Of a DNA stretch of 64,000 bases, positions 15,731 to 29,989 are shown piece after piece. The number at the start of each line of letters is the position of its first letter. Position 1 is the stretch's first letter. Below the pieces are notes generated by a model that saw only the letters and a list, made by a program, of their open reading frames with translations, made no database searches and was not told the DNA's origin. The DNA lies in contig OZ024740.1 in NCBI GenBank assembly GCA_964016885.1, positions 310,310,001 through 310,374,000 on the forward strand, given 5' to 3'. Source of the stretch: Eledone cirrhosa. Its lineage: Eukaryota. The position numbers and the translations under genes are program-made.

Positions 15731-16998
15731 TTATTAAGTGAGACATGGCCTGGGCCAATACTGGCTGAAACCTATCAAAGTTATCAAAGTTGTACATGTA
15801 GTCCTATGCTTGTAACGCAGTTTTGTAACATGCTGTGCTATGAAAGGTTCCGCCTAGCAGCAGAAATGAGACGATTATTATTATTGTCATTGTTGTTGGT
15901 TCTATTGCAAATGGGTAGCAGTACAGAAAAGCGAAGGGAGTATAATTAGCTAATAGTATTTTAGTTAAAAGCTATTAATTTCTGCAGTTACATTCCAGAG
16001 AGGTTCACATTTACTTTGTTTCGTCTACATGTAATTAATAAAACATACTCATATTTTAGGATTGATTCAATCAAGTATTTTTTTTAGCTGAAGGGTGTGC
16101 ATTATATCAATATAAGAAATCGTTTTCTTTCCTACATAAAATTATATTTTATTATATTACTCATTGGACGAAGTTGTTTATCAGTCAGATAACGTTTTTC
16201 TGCACCAAATTATTATATTCAGGTGAGACAGTTATAGAAATAATAATAAATTTGATTCTGTTTACAGCATGACAATTCGATAATGTGTCGTCTGAGAAAT
16301 CTGTTATCTCTGTTATAAAATATATTGACGTAGAGTAAATGAGGAATTCATATTTTCGATGTTTATACGATAAGATTGTAAGAAAAGAAATGTAACCGTA
16401 GCCAATTTTACAGGCATACAAATGAAATCTCACAGGCATACATATAGAATTCTCACCGAATCTTAATGTGCCGCCTGATTCTTAATCTACGCAGGCATAA
16501 TCCTTAATACTCTGTAAAATTGATTAGACCCATATAGAATTAATTATCAACCACGTCTTGGCTGCAATCTATTCATAGTGAAGCATAATTAATAACATAT
16601 TGGGGTTGCATAATCAATTCAGAAAAAAAGACAAACATAATAATGTATGTAGCACGAAAACGCTTACTATATAATGTTACAGGTTGACTATAAATCATAG
16701 CGACATATCATTAACAGTCCGAGACAAAAATATTCAAAAAGTATTGTCAACTGAACTTGCTAGAAGCACATTTTGTTACATCATGATGTTCTAAATGTCA
16801 CAGCAACTACCACTTCATCAACAATATCCGGTACCCACTCTTCCCCCAAATACACATAATTATACACCTCAAAACGTTGCTATATTACTATTATCTAGAA
16901 CACTTCTTCTAACACTCGCTTTATAAACAGGTAAATCCATACATGTACCACCTTACATGATGCCCTTCCAACACACAAGCCCCTCTCTTGAACCACGC

Positions 16999-17029
<31 letters not shown>

Positions 17030-18001
17030 GTTGTGTATAATGGTAGCAATGGTGCTTCCATAGGAGATATGCCAAAATTAGCACCCGATATTCAGCAGAG
17101 TAGAGTGTAGATTGTATAAGGAAAACGAAAAATCAGTGATGCATCTGGACTTAATTTATTGCGTGTTACAATTGTTTCGCCGGCAGGTAGCTCGAGACAT
17201 GGTCCTTGTATGGATCTAGCCGATTCTATTTCTGCAGGTTCTTTCTGACACGGGTATTTCGTTTGGAGCAAATTTTATCACTGGGGTGTTATCATAAAAA
17301 ACACCATGAAAAACCCTACTTCCACTCTTGTCATGACATTGGCTGTTTTTACTCCACGTCATCACAAGTTCTGGTTAGCATTTTCTGCCACACGGGTCAT
17401 CAGCCATTTTCCGTCCGACACATTTCGCTGGAGTCATGCTGGGTTCAGCATCTCACACGTCTGTTCACACTTCAGAGTAAGCACCCACACATACTGATAT
17501 ACACACACATACACACACACATGCAGAGACCGACAGATGTATGCATACACGCACGTACGCCTACATGCGCAGGCACACACACCGCCACATACATAGACAT
17601 ATGTATATATACACACACACTCTCTCCCTCACATCCACGGACTCAGTCACACCCACTTGTAGATACATATCGCCACAAGCCTTATGACGGCTGCTTAATT
17701 CGCGCCATGTATCTGGTGGGATAAGCATGCCTACTCAAACATACACATATATACATACATACGCGCGCACACATACATACGCCCAACCTTATATACATTT
17801 AAATATCTATATATACACACTCATAGACACACATACATACATACACACATACATACACATACATACACACACACACATGTATATACATATATATATATAT
17901 ACACATATATACATACACACAAATATATATTTACTCACACATGCCCACATATACATACAAAATACGCATACGTACACAAACATTACATAAACACGTACAT
18001 A

Positions 18002-18055
<54 letters not shown>

Positions 18056-18559
18056 CACAAAAAAAAAACCCCAAAAAAAACCTAACATGCATACGCACAG
18101 CCACATATATACATACATATATCTACGCATATGCATACGCACACGTCCTGCCACATGCATACACCGGCACCTATGCATATTTGCCTACACACACATGTGC
18201 TTCAACATATACAAATATAAACAAAACCGTAAATTAAAAGTTAAAACTACTTATGCAATACAAAACAATATACCATAAACTAACGGTAAATTGCTGTAAC
18301 ATAAAATATAATATATAAAATATAATGTACAATATGATATATATATACATATCTCTCTCTCCCAAATATATATATATATACACACACACACATGTAGACA
18401 GATTCATACATACATATACGGATATATATACAAAGGATATATGATAAAGTAATACAACAAGAATAATAGTAATAATAAAAAGCATATACACTCCATATAT
18501 AATCATCCGCACAAATACACATACACACATATAGAGCCCCACATATGAATACACCTGCA

Positions 18560-18627
<68 letters not shown>

Positions 18628-19629
18628 TACATATATATATATACACACTTACTCATACATACACTTACTCATACATACACTTACTTATACATACACTTAC
18701 TTATACATACACTTACTTATACACTCATACGTGGATATACGTACATACGCACACATATGTGGACATACATACATATATATATTCATATATACCCATATAT
18801 ATATATACACACATACACACAAATTCTGCCACATATGTACATGCAAGCACATGTCTTCACATACACGCGCATATAAGCTCATGCACACACGTACCCATGC
18901 CCATATACACACCCCCGCATACACTCCACGTATATATATATATACACATCTACACACACACACACATACATATACATACGCACAGGTCCACAAATAAAAA
19001 CACGCGAATATAAACACACTATGATAATAAAGCAAAATAAATAAATAAATTTACAATATTTTAGGGTACATTAAAATCTGTATGTAACTGCATAAATAGC
19101 AGAAGGAAAAAATGGGTAAAATAAAAAAAAACGGGTAAAATAAAAAAACAGGGGGGAGGTACTGAGAAGGTGCGTGCGTCCATGCGATATACTACACACA
19201 GGTAGTATGAGATGTAAACTTGTGTCCGTGTATAGAACAGGTAACAGTAACAGAACAATATTAGAACAATAATGATAGTAATAATCATTGTTCCAAAGTG
19301 GAAGAGGTAGAACATATATAGTCACGATTGACGGGGTATACATTCAAGGAGGCGCCCGTCCCGGTCGCCATGGGGCATGGCACCGTGGCTGGAGTGTGCT
19401 GTTCTATATGTTTAGGGCACAGGACCGGGCGGCACTGGGCCTCGTGTCAGCCGGTCCCGGCCCATGCGGTGTATCTTCCAATGTTGTGTGCTCGGTCAGG
19501 TGCGCCCCTGGTTTACATATGTTTGCCTCACAGGTCGCACACCGTCATCATGGCAGGTCCCCTAATACCGTTGGGCCAATCGGGTCTGTGCGTACCCGTT
19601 CCCATGCCCCCTGCCTGCGCCTCCCGGAG

Positions 19630-20320
19630 GATTCCATGCTGCAAATGTGCATCTTCTGTGGTATCTACATGTCATGATAATTTCAGACGTCAGGTTGACG
19701 GCATCATCCTTCAGTCTGACTATCCATGGCCGCGTGTGGGCACAATCGGCACTTTCTACTTCCGGCCGAATATGCCCTCGCGTGGCGAAGGATACTCCAT
19801 TCCAGGGCGTACGGAGTGCAGTGGTCTCTCAGATCCCACACCAGGTCCGCTAACCTAGTGGAGTGCATTTTGCTACGGTCCCTGAAGGAATTCGTGTGAT
19901 TATACATCCGCGATTTAAAGGTCGTGGATGCTGCGCCGATGTAGGTGCGATGCGCGTTTTGGGTTGTAATCACACACTTGTATATTAAGTCTTTCATCAA
20001 GCATTTTCCCTGTAGGGCGCAACGGATGCCCGCTCTACAGTTACAAGTTCGGCTGTCAGTTCTTGTGCATTCGATGTCCGGGCCTCCATCTGTTATGGCT
20101 CTCTCAAGGTTCTCAGGGTGTTGTACAACCGACACTGTTGTCTCCCCCATGCCACTATTTCCCTCTCGGTGTTGGACCATATCGCCCTCCGCAGGCGCTC
20201 TAGTCGCCTCGGGGGCCGGGTTGTCATTTGAGGGAAGGTCCCTCGTTGGTTCTCCGCGCTCCGAAAGACAGTCACTCTGTCGCCGCGGTTGACGGCCAGT
20301 GTGCGCCATCTTCACCGCGT
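19630..20320 (-). pseudogene. PLE GIY-YIG endonuclease fragment
   Basis: [24 protein letters not shown]...[20 protein letters not shown]...W.L...WSIL...Y....KCRLC, then frameshifted NLTSEIIMTCRYH; homologous to 52973-53400. Confidence 0.9.
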
Positions 20321-20348
20321 TAGTTTTAGCCATGTGTGTATATATATG

Positions 20349-20424
<76 letters not shown>

Positions 20425-20585
20425 TGTGTGTGTATGTGTGTGTGTGTGTGCGTGTGTACGTGTGTATGTAATGTTTGTGTACGTATGCGTATTTTGTATG
20501 TATGTGTGGGCATGTGTGAGTATATATATATGAATATGTGTGTGTATGTATATATGTATATATATATATATAAATATATATGTAT

Positions 20586-20662
<77 letters not shown>

Positions 20663-21187
20663 TACATGATGTGTGTATATGTATCTATGTGTATGTATGT
20701 GCGTATGTATATATGTGTGTGCATGAGTGTGTATATATAGATATTTAAATGTATATAAGGTTGGGCGTATGTATGTGTGCGCGCGTATGTATGTATATAT
20801 GTGTATGATTGAGTAGGCATGCTTATCACACCAGATACATGGTGCGAATTAAGCAGCCGTCATAAGGCTTGTGGCGATATGTATCTACAAGTGGGTGTGA
20901 CTGGGTCCGTGGAAGTGAGGGAGAGAGTGTGTGTGTATATCAGTATGTGTGGGTGCTTACTCTGAAGTGTGAACAGACGTGTGAGATGCTGAACCCAGCT
21001 TGACTCCAGCGAAATGTGTCGGACGGAAAATGGCTGATGACCCGTGTGGCAGAAAATGCTAACCAGAACTTGTGATGACGTGGAGTAAAAACAGCCAGTG
21101 GCATAACAAGAGTGGAAGTAGGGTTTTTTATGGTGTTTTTTTTTATGATGACACCCCAGTGATAAAATTTGCTCCAAACGAAATACC

Positions 21188-21278
21188 CGTGTCTGAAAGA
21201 ACCTGCAGAAATAGAATCAGCCAGATCCATACAAGGACCATGTCTCGAGCTACCTGCCAGCGAAACAATTGTAACACG
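21188..21278 (+). ncRNA. Type I hammerhead with long stem II and a 1-nt core insertion (mirror copy on minus strand at 17162-17252)
   Basis: cgtgt-CTGAAAGA-[~60 nt]-GAAA-caattg-TA-acacg; perfect 5-bp stem I, palindromic stem III ACAATTGT. Confidence 0.7.
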
Positions 21279-21341
21279 CAATAAATTAAGTCCAGATGCA
21301 TCACTGATTTTTCGTTCTTTATACTATATATATATATAAAT

Positions 21342-21711
21342 AAATTAATAAAAACAATGAATAAAAACAAAAAAACAGTTCTTTATATTAAAAAATTCAT
21401 CATTTTACGATCGTTTCTAGGATATATATGTGTGTGTTGGTATGTATATCATATAGATCTATGTAAAATATCTATATACATACTAACACACACATATATA
21501 TCCAAGAAACGATCGTAAAATGATGAATTGTTTAATATAAGGAACTGTTTCTTTGTTTTTATTCATTGTTTTTATTAATGTATCTTAAATCTGTTTTCCT
21601 GTGATTTTCAACGAAAACATTTTTGAATACATCTTCTCTTTTGATGATATTTGGATTACATGGAGTTCTTCATACGGATTGGACACTACCGTATATTTTG
21701 GAAGATTTATC

Positions 21712-21715
<4 letters not shown>
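21342..21715. mobile_element. Solo fold-back derivative of the terminal repeat of the 52-55 kb PLE
   Basis: Arms 21343-21447/21474-21579 match 52078-52205 and 55300-55530; carries GAAA-cgatcg-TA-aaatgatga but no CTGAAGA half. Confidence 0.9.
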
Positions 21716-21756
<41 letters not shown>

Positions 21757-21760
<4 letters not shown>

Positions 21761-22810
21761 TAAATAACAGATTAAAGTTTAAGCAAAGAATCGCTGCTTT
21801 CACCCTTAACGGGATCTTCTGAAACTAACAAAGTCAATCTGTAAACGCAGAACTACATATTTCAAAAAACGTTGCAACCGGAGGAAGACAGGAAGACGAT
21901 ACTTTGGTTGGTGGAAACGTTCGCTGGCAAAGAACGGGAAAAAACGAATAATACGTCATTAATAGGAGCGGTGAAAAACAATTACGCGCAAAGACAGAAC
22001 CACGTGTGGTGGGTGTGTGTATATGTGTATTTATATGTAGGTATGTGTGTGCGCTTGTTATATACGTATTTATTTACTTATATACGTTTATATAATTATT
22101 TATTTATTTGTATACAAGCATACACACACACACACATATTTATATGTGCGTGGTTTTGTATACCTATGGTAAGGTTTTGCGTATACTTGTGTATGTACGT
22201 ACTTGTTTGCGTGTACGTATTTATTTATTTCTATTACTTCTGTATTGTATTTATTTACTTTGTTCTTAACTCTGTAGCGGAGATTCATTTGGTCTCCTAG
22301 TTAGAATTTTAGTCTACGACTTCTGCTATACCATTTACGCGGTTTTGTTTTTGCGTGCTATTGTTCTCCACGCTTCACATATGACGTATTATCTTCGTTT
22401 TTTCGTTCACTGCCAGAGAACGTCTCTATGCACCACCTAAGAGAACATTAGTCTACGACCTCTTTCATACCATAAACGTGGTTCTGTCTTTGCGCGTAAT
22501 TGTTTTTCACCGCTCCTATTAATGACGTATTATTCGTTTTTTCCCGTTCTTTGCCAGCGAACGTTTCCACGAACCAAAGTATCGTCTTCCTGTCTTCCTC
22601 CGGTTGCAACGTTTTATGAAATATCCACTTCTGCGTTTACAGATTGACTTTGTTAGTTTCAGAAGATCCCGTTAAGGGTGAAAGCAGCGATTCTTTGCTT
22701 AAACTTTAATCTGTTATTTAATAAATATTTGCTCTACGGTTCTTATATATTTGATATATATTTAACCTTATCGAGCCCTCTTTGGATTTTAGTCTTCAAT
22801 TTTATTATTA
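21757..22810. mobile_element. Fold-back element with two hammerheads, family C
   Basis: ~245-bp inverted arms 21757-22005/22476-22724; degenerate internal tandem duplication (~22308-22440 vs ~22448-22570); third copy at 32848-33140. Confidence 0.9.
22655..22705 (+). ncRNA. Type I hammerhead, CAGAAGA core variant (mirror on minus strand at 21776-21826)
   Basis: agttt-CAGAAGA-tcccgttaagggt-GAAA-gca..tgc-TT-aaact; all three stems pair. Confidence 0.7.
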
Positions 22811-22811
22811 T

Positions 22812-22863
<52 letters not shown>

Positions 22864-22961
22864 GTAATAATAATATATATATATATATATATATATTTGA
22901 AAAAAGTCAATTTTTCCATTTCTCAAATATAACTAAATGTACCAAGGATTTCACACATTTT

Positions 22962-23043
<82 letters not shown>

Positions 23044-23570
23044 AATGTGAAAAATACAAATGTGAAAACTATATTACAGATAACTGTATAAAATGAGATC
23101 TTTAGAATTAGAACTTGAAAACTTAAGACGATTCATGCCAGGCAACTAAGAACTGCTTTAAACACAAGACATAATTATTATTAATTACTTAAATCTCTCG
23201 TTCTTGCTGTGTTGGCATATAAACAGAACGGCAAACACTTTTTTCTGTGTTATTAGCCTTCATCAGTACCTTATACTGTTTACCTCCCAACTGTCAGAGC
23301 TAGTGAAAATATATGATATTTTCTGGAATATACAGTGATTGATCGGCCTGATTTGCATGTTACCAGACTGCCTGATCAGTGAGGTCTGCATATTAGCAGA
23401 CCCACTGATCAGCAGATTTGCTTATCAACAGATAGGCTAGTCAGTTTCATATATACGAACGAGTAATTTTCGGCTTTGCAAAATAGTCAAATATTTAACA
23501 AAATTTGTATCGTTCTAAATGGCTGAATACAAGGAATGTGTGTAATATATATGATTTTATATAAAAATTA

Positions 23571-23640
23571 CTTCTACAGAACTATAATTGTTTCATTCGT
23601 ATGAAATCATCATATGGATGAAACAGTTCTAGTCCTATAT
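23571..23640. mobile_element. Small fold-back of a hammerhead 3' half
   Basis: cttctacagaactataattgtttcattc...atgaaacagttctagtcct; related to the HHR at 2287-2338. Confidence 0.5.
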
Positions 23641-23773
23641 CAATAAAAAATTCCTATACTCTACTAATCTATTGGGTAACATATTTAACTGTGGTTCCCG
23701 CACACCGGCACAACTCAGATATCTACATATTATATATATAAATATATATATAGGTATCTATGTGTGTGTGTGA

Positions 23774-23990
<217 letters not shown>

Positions 23991-24040
23991 TATAGATAGG
24001 TAAATATACACGGGTGTGTATGATTGTGTATAGAAGATTA

Positions 24041-24468
24041 TATTAATAAGAGGAATTCCAACTTTGTCTGATTTACTCGTTTTATTTACAATCCTTTAAA
24101 ATATATGTAATGGTATTATAATGAAATAGTATGATAGAATATTAAATTCTAAGTGTTAATTGAACAAGTACTTTCATGCTTTCGCAATCTTCAGGTTCAT
24201 GATATGTGGTGACAGTCGAGTTTGCAATTTTCAACTGTCGAGTTTGCAATTTTCAACAGTCGAGTTTGCAATTTTCACAGTTGAAAATTGCAAACTCGAC
24301 TGTCACCACATATCATGAACCTGAAGATTGCGAAAGCATGAAAGTACTTGTTCAATTAACACTTAGAATTTAATATTCTATCATACTATTTCATTATAAT
24401 ACCATTATATATATTTTAAAGGATTGTAAATAAAACGAGTAAATCAGACAAAGTTGGAATTCCTCTTA

Positions 24469-24474
<6 letters not shown>
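24041..24474. mobile_element. Near-perfect fold-back element with two hammerheads, family D
   Basis: ~197-bp arms 24041-24237/24278-24474; three tandem 22-mers at the centre. Confidence 0.95.
24316..24354 (+). ncRNA. Minimal type I hammerhead ribozyme (identical mirror on minus strand at 24161-24199)
   Basis: tgaac-CTGAAGA-ttgc-gaaa-gcat-GAAA-gtac-TT-gttca; GNRA-capped stem II, palindromic stem III AGTACT. Confidence 0.92.
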
Positions 24475-24539
<65 letters not shown>

Positions 24540-25326
24540 ATACTTGGGGAGGGTCATATTGTTGTAAATATATATATATATTTATTTAGGTTTGTTGGTT
24601 CACCACTGGATTGAACTGGTCATTCCGTATGGTCAACCTCGATGTAATATTATAGAGAGCACTCGACGTAATGCAACTCACCCGTCTTCGTTTGTGTAGT
24701 TGGTGGTACGAGTACGAAGTTAATTATTATAAAATAACAGGAGGCTGGACAAGTGTAATTCCTTAAAACGTTTATTATGCTATGATCATTCCAATGACCG
24801 GCTTCAGTATGAATCCGGTGACATCATCAGGTATTCGAAATATAACAAAGGAATATAATAGACAAGATCGATGGGGCTGAAAATCAGAATCATGAGGGCG
24901 ACCGAACATTTAGCAGCTTCTACCCCGGTCGGCCACACTCAAGTGGTGATTATTAAGCCTACTTATGTTCATCTGGTGAAGAAACGTAGGCATATAGTGT
25001 ACTACTACCACCCCGTCAAAGCGTTGAGGTCACGTTACAAACAATATGCTCATGGGTGCTAGAAAGTGCCGCGAACAATTTTTATCAAAGAACATATATC
25101 TTAACAAATCTATATATAGTAATATATAGTGGGCATCTGCATGGTATACTGTATGGACAGAAATTACGATTAACAATTAGAAACGTTAAATTTATGTTTA
25201 GAGTTAGAAGATGCCATTTAAGATGAAATTAGAAAAATAAGGTTTAGGTTTGAAGTAATGAGATTTAGTTAAAGAATTTACAGAAGGAGGTTTTTATGAA
25301 AAAGTTTAAGTGTATATAGAAATTCA

Positions 25327-25827
25327 CGATAAAGTTTCAGGGTAGAATATTGAGCAAAGATTAAGCCCATGCTTAGCGGTCAATAACCAGCGACGTTGCG
25401 GACCCCCGGCCAGCCTGGGGCCCAACAGCGTGTCAACGGTTGGGGCCCTGCCTGTCAACGGTTATTGACCGCCAAACAGTACCTTTAAATTCTAGGCTTA
25501 AACATATCTATTAACTTTATCTTGCCTCCTTCTACTAGCACTTAACTATATCCCCCCACCAGTGTGAATAACTAGTAATCGTTTGGTATATACGATGGCC
25601 GGCGGACAGTGGCGGACTTTCCGCTAACACACCCGACGCTTAAAACAGTTAACATTCCTGGATTGCTCTGAAAAATAAATTTTCATTTCTTTCGCTAGAC
25701 GATAATACTCTGAACGGTTGACACGCCGCTGGGCCCCGGGCTGGCCGGAGGGTCGGTAACGTCGCTGGTTATTGACCGCTAGCATGGGCTTAACTTTGCT
25801 CTATATTCTACCCTGAAACTTTATCGT
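25327..25827. repeat. GC-rich inverted repeat, ~110-bp arms
   Basis: 25327-25439 is the reverse complement of 25716-25827. Confidence 0.85.
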
Positions 25828-26057
25828 AATGTTTGCATAATTGCTCCACACTGGTTTCACTGAAATACATATAGCCCAATAAATACGATTATGTATCAGC
25901 TATCTTGATGGTTATTTCATGTTTCATTCATGTTTGATCAGGATCTTCACGATGGATATATATACGACAGATATGTATTGTTCTGAACCTGGATACAACT
26001 GTTTATCAACGAGACATTACAACAGTATTATCGCGGATAAACAACACATTAATTAGG

Positions 26058-26091
<34 letters not shown>

Positions 26092-26093
<2 letters not shown>

Positions 26094-26216
26094 CGAAGGA
26101 AATGTGGTAAGGACAAGATGGACCATAACGCACCAAAGTACTCAATACTTAGGGTATGAGTCCAGAATTAGCCGTCGAAACGGCTTGCGCTTTGCCGTCG
26201 GGGTCATAGCTCTTCC

Positions 26217-26218
<2 letters not shown>
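26092..26218. mobile_element. Family A fold-back hammerhead-half element (left arm deleted)
   Basis: aacgaaggaaatgtggtaagg...gtccagaattagccgtcGAAAcggct..gccgTCggggtc in (AT)n. Confidence 0.85.
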
Positions 26219-26301
<83 letters not shown>

Positions 26302-26442
26302 GGGGAAGTAATGTTCTATACAAAACTGTGGATATAGAGAAAAGGTGAAGTTGTAAATAGCACGGAAAATATATTTAAGGGTCTGTTTCTCTTTTTTTAT
26401 CCTGTCTTTGATTCGTCAAAGTGACTTTATTGAAAAAATGAC

Positions 26443-26484
<42 letters not shown>

Positions 26485-26736
26485 GTAGGTAGGTAGATAG
26501 ATAAAAAAATGTATTAGCCACAAGGGCACAAAAGAAGGGGACAAATACAAATGGGGAGTTTACATATAGGTATATGAAAATATAACTATTATGAAAATAA
26601 CAAATAACAATTGAAATCACCAATAGGGGAGAGGTGTTACACAGGGGTTGTACACACCCCGAAAAAATGTACAACCCTCATCTCCAAGAGCACCCAGAGT
26701 GAGTACTCCCTTCATATCTTCCTCTTTGTCCTCAAC

Positions 26737-29700
26737 CTACAGGATTATATAGAAAGAAGTCCCAACCACTCGGGCCATCTTTGCCACATTCACCCACCTT
26801 TTATAAAATTTGCTGGGGTACAGCACCTCTCTCTCCATCCTGATTCTTCTTCCAAAATGATATCTGAAAAAACAAATCAGTTGCTCGCCGGAGAGAAAGG
26901 TGTCTGACCTCAGCTCTTTTAAGCGCGTCCACCATATAACCTCTTTCACCATAGCCATAACACATAGGAAAACCGCCTCTCCCTCGTTTTTGAAGGAGGG
27001 TGGCGGTTTGATCATGACAATGGACTCGGTGGTCAACTGGATTGGTCCCACCCGCGACAATAGTCGTTCTACATAGCCCCACAGGTCGGTAACGCTCGGG
27101 CAGTGTACAAATGAGTGTGCGACGGTTTCATCGTCGCGCACGCAACTCGGACAGATCTTTTTCGAAGGGTCCCTGCCCAGGCGCCCGTGTCTGTAGAGCT
27201 TGTCTCGAACTGGTAGAGCTCCTCGGTAGCACTGCCAGGCCAGGGACATTTGGAAGTTGTCCATTGGTCCCGGGCGGAAGGTCCTACCGAACAGACTGGC
27301 CAGTTCGTCCTCCTCTACGCCTAGAGTTTCTCCGAGCGTGTCGGTCATCGCACTTGCTGCGGACCAACCCTCAATAGAATGTCGAAGTGGAGTCTCCACT
27401 GATCGCCGGGTCCGTTTGCCAGAAAACTGTGAGCGCCTGAGCACATTCGATGTACCAGTCACCTATTTTCCTCCGTCTTTGCTTGACCCAGGACTGCAGC
27501 TCGGTCAGCGAGACGAGTCGTGGGAGGCTCGCCTCACGAACGGGGCCCACACTGGTTGTCTGGTGAGGAATACGTGGAGGTGCTGCAGCCTGAGCGCGTG
27601 TTTACGCATCGTCAGCCACGGCACCCAGCCCTCCGTTTGAAGGGTGTTGGCAGCAGATGGATCTTCTCATCAAAGGAGCCCGTTTCTTCCAAAGGAATTG
27701 GAAGAGCGCGCGCTCCATTTTGGTGAACGTTTTGGCTGGACAAGGCACAACGGCCAAGCGATAATGGATGACGGACGCTATAAAAGTGTTCGCCACCTAA
27801 GCTCGACTTTTCAAGGATAGTTTGCACTCGGCCCACTTCTGGTTGAGCGCAAACACCTTGGCCGTCACCTCATTCAAGTTCTTCTCCACCTGGAGGTCAG
27901 GACCAAACCAGACCCCGAGCAGCTTTACCGGTCCTTCCATCCAGCGTCCGATGACGTCATCGGAAGGGTTCGGTTTGCCTCTGCACGTTCCGAGTTGCAA
28001 ACCGACGGATTTGTCCCGGTTCAGCTTCGCTCCTGTGAACCTTTCGTATTCCTCCAGTAAGATGCCGATCTCCCCGATTTGCCATGTGCTGGACACCATT
28101 ACTGTCACGTCGTCGGCAATCCAGCCCCTGACCACTGGTTCGAAGGCTGCCGCCTCGAGCACCGCATCCAGGTAATGATGGTCAACCCTATCGAAAGCCT
28201 TAGACTGATCCAAGTTGATCAGGACCCCACGGAAGACGGGTTTATATCTTACCCTCTCTATGATGTAGCGCAAGAGGTGCAGGTCGTCGTGTATGGACCT
28301 GGTCGGGATTGCGCATGTCTGCGCTTCTCCCACCAGGTTTTCGACGACAAGCGCCAGCCTCTTTGCCAACACCTTGGCCAAAATTTGTAACCGTGTGTTG
28401 AGCAGAGTTATGAGCCGGAAGTTGCCTATGTCATCCCGCTTGTTCTCGTCCTTCCTGACTAACGTGATTACGCCCTTGATCACAGAACTGGAAATTCTCC
28501 CGTTCTGCTGCCAGTTGCAGTAGACAGCCAGGAGACCAGAGAACAAGTCCAGCATTGCTACGTAAAATTCGTAGGGTAGACCGTCGAGACCTGGAGATTT
28601 GCGTTTGCCGCATTGGCTCAGCGCGTTCCCCATCTCAGCGGCCGAAATCGGCCTTTCGCAGAACTTCACCTTGTTGTCCTAGAGTCGCGGTAGGCTGTCG
28701 AGGTATGAACCGAAATCAATAGCCCCTCCCGGCGCGCCGCCCTGCCCGAACAGTTGAGCAAAGTGCCGCTGAAAGGCCGCGCACATTTGCTTCGGCTCAC
28801 GTATCACGCGTCCGTCTTGGTCCTTCAAAGACCGAATGGTGGACTTGTTGCCACTTTCGCCTCCTTCACTCGGGCCCAGCTAACAGCTTTGGCTCCCTCG
28901 TTTCACAGGGCACGTATTTTGCTTCTGACAACGCAGCCTTCATGCTTTGCGTCGAAGAACTGGTCCAAGGCCTTTCTCGTCGCTAGCACGCTGGCTACGT
29001 TGCCACTCCTAAGTGCCTCTTCTACTTTAACTACCAGTTCCTTTTCGGTCTTATTTCTATCTAACACTAATTCTTTACTAAAACCTATCGAGTCTAATCT
29101 AACTGCCCTCTTGAGAGAGTACCACCATATGTTGTTGACAATGGCCCCCGTCAAGTGCTGCTTAACTAAAGTGCTAATACGTCTACTGTAGTCTTTGCAT
29201 GTCGGTAACGACAAGTTCAGCTTCCAGTATCCGGGTCCCTGTCCATGGGTTTTTTCAAGGTTGACTAAGCAGGTCACTAATTTGTGATCTGAATAGGCAA
29301 CCATGAACATTTGTGGACAGCTTAACATGTCCCTATCCTTCTTTCTAACTAGAAGCCTATCTAGGTACGATCTAGATGTTCCGCTCCGATTAGTCCACGT
29401 CCACAGTGGCACAGTCGGAAAATCTAGTCGATATCTATCGGCCAGGTCAAATCGGCCGATTAACTGTTGAGGCTGTTACACCCCCCTCTATCGTGGCATG
29501 CTCCCACATAGTCCCAACGTGCAACTAGGATTCCATTCCAGTCCCCCACTAACAGCAGGGAGCGGGACGTTCCCAGAAAAGTCTCTAGACGTTTGAAGAA
29601 GACTGGCCGCGGTGTCCCGGATGGGGCATATTCGGCCACCAGCCTGAAGGCTCCCCCTTCACTACCGTCAATGTCTAGGACCACCAGTCGACCCTCCGGA

Positions 29701-29963
29701 TCCAGATGTACCGTCTGAGTTACGAGGTGCAGGTGTTTCCACAGCAAAACGGCCACCCCACCCCCACCTCCCGACTGACAGAGAGATGCGTAGATCTCAA
29801 AGTCGTTGAAGATGGGGGCCAGTTGTCGCTCGCTGTAGATCCTGGACTCGCAAATGGTTACTACATCCATACTGTTCGACCTGAGGTCGTTTAAGACTTT
29901 GCTCTGTTTCCAGGGCAACCCCAGGCTGCGTACATTCACACATCCAACTCTTATGTTGGCCAT
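26737..29963 (-). pseudogene. LINE ORF2 (APE endonuclease + reverse transcriptase), frameshifted, with an internal RT deletion
   Basis: MANIRVGCVNVRSL, GDWN, SDHK, GPGYWKLN, KSPGLDG, DQSKAFDRVDH, ADDV, CPSC...ETVAHSFVHC. Confidence 0.93.
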
Positions 29964-29989
29964 GTTGGTGCTGAAAAGTTAAAAGAAGA

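Larger units (their letters stand above)
17030..21324 (-). mobile_element. 5'-truncated Penelope-like element (Neptune-type endonuclease) with inverted terminal-repeat copy
   Basis: ~0.95-kb inverted arms 17114-18055 and 20335-21324 enclose a minus-strand GIY-YIG fragment; (AT)n on both sides. Confidence 0.85.

Noticed and set aside
23160-23275. CTGATGA on the minus strand followed by aggc...gcc
   Set aside because: GAAA and stem III are missing; at most a truncated remnant
24213-24277. Three 22-bp direct repeats resembling a CRISPR array
   Set aside because: No spacers and no cas genes; eukaryotic repeat context
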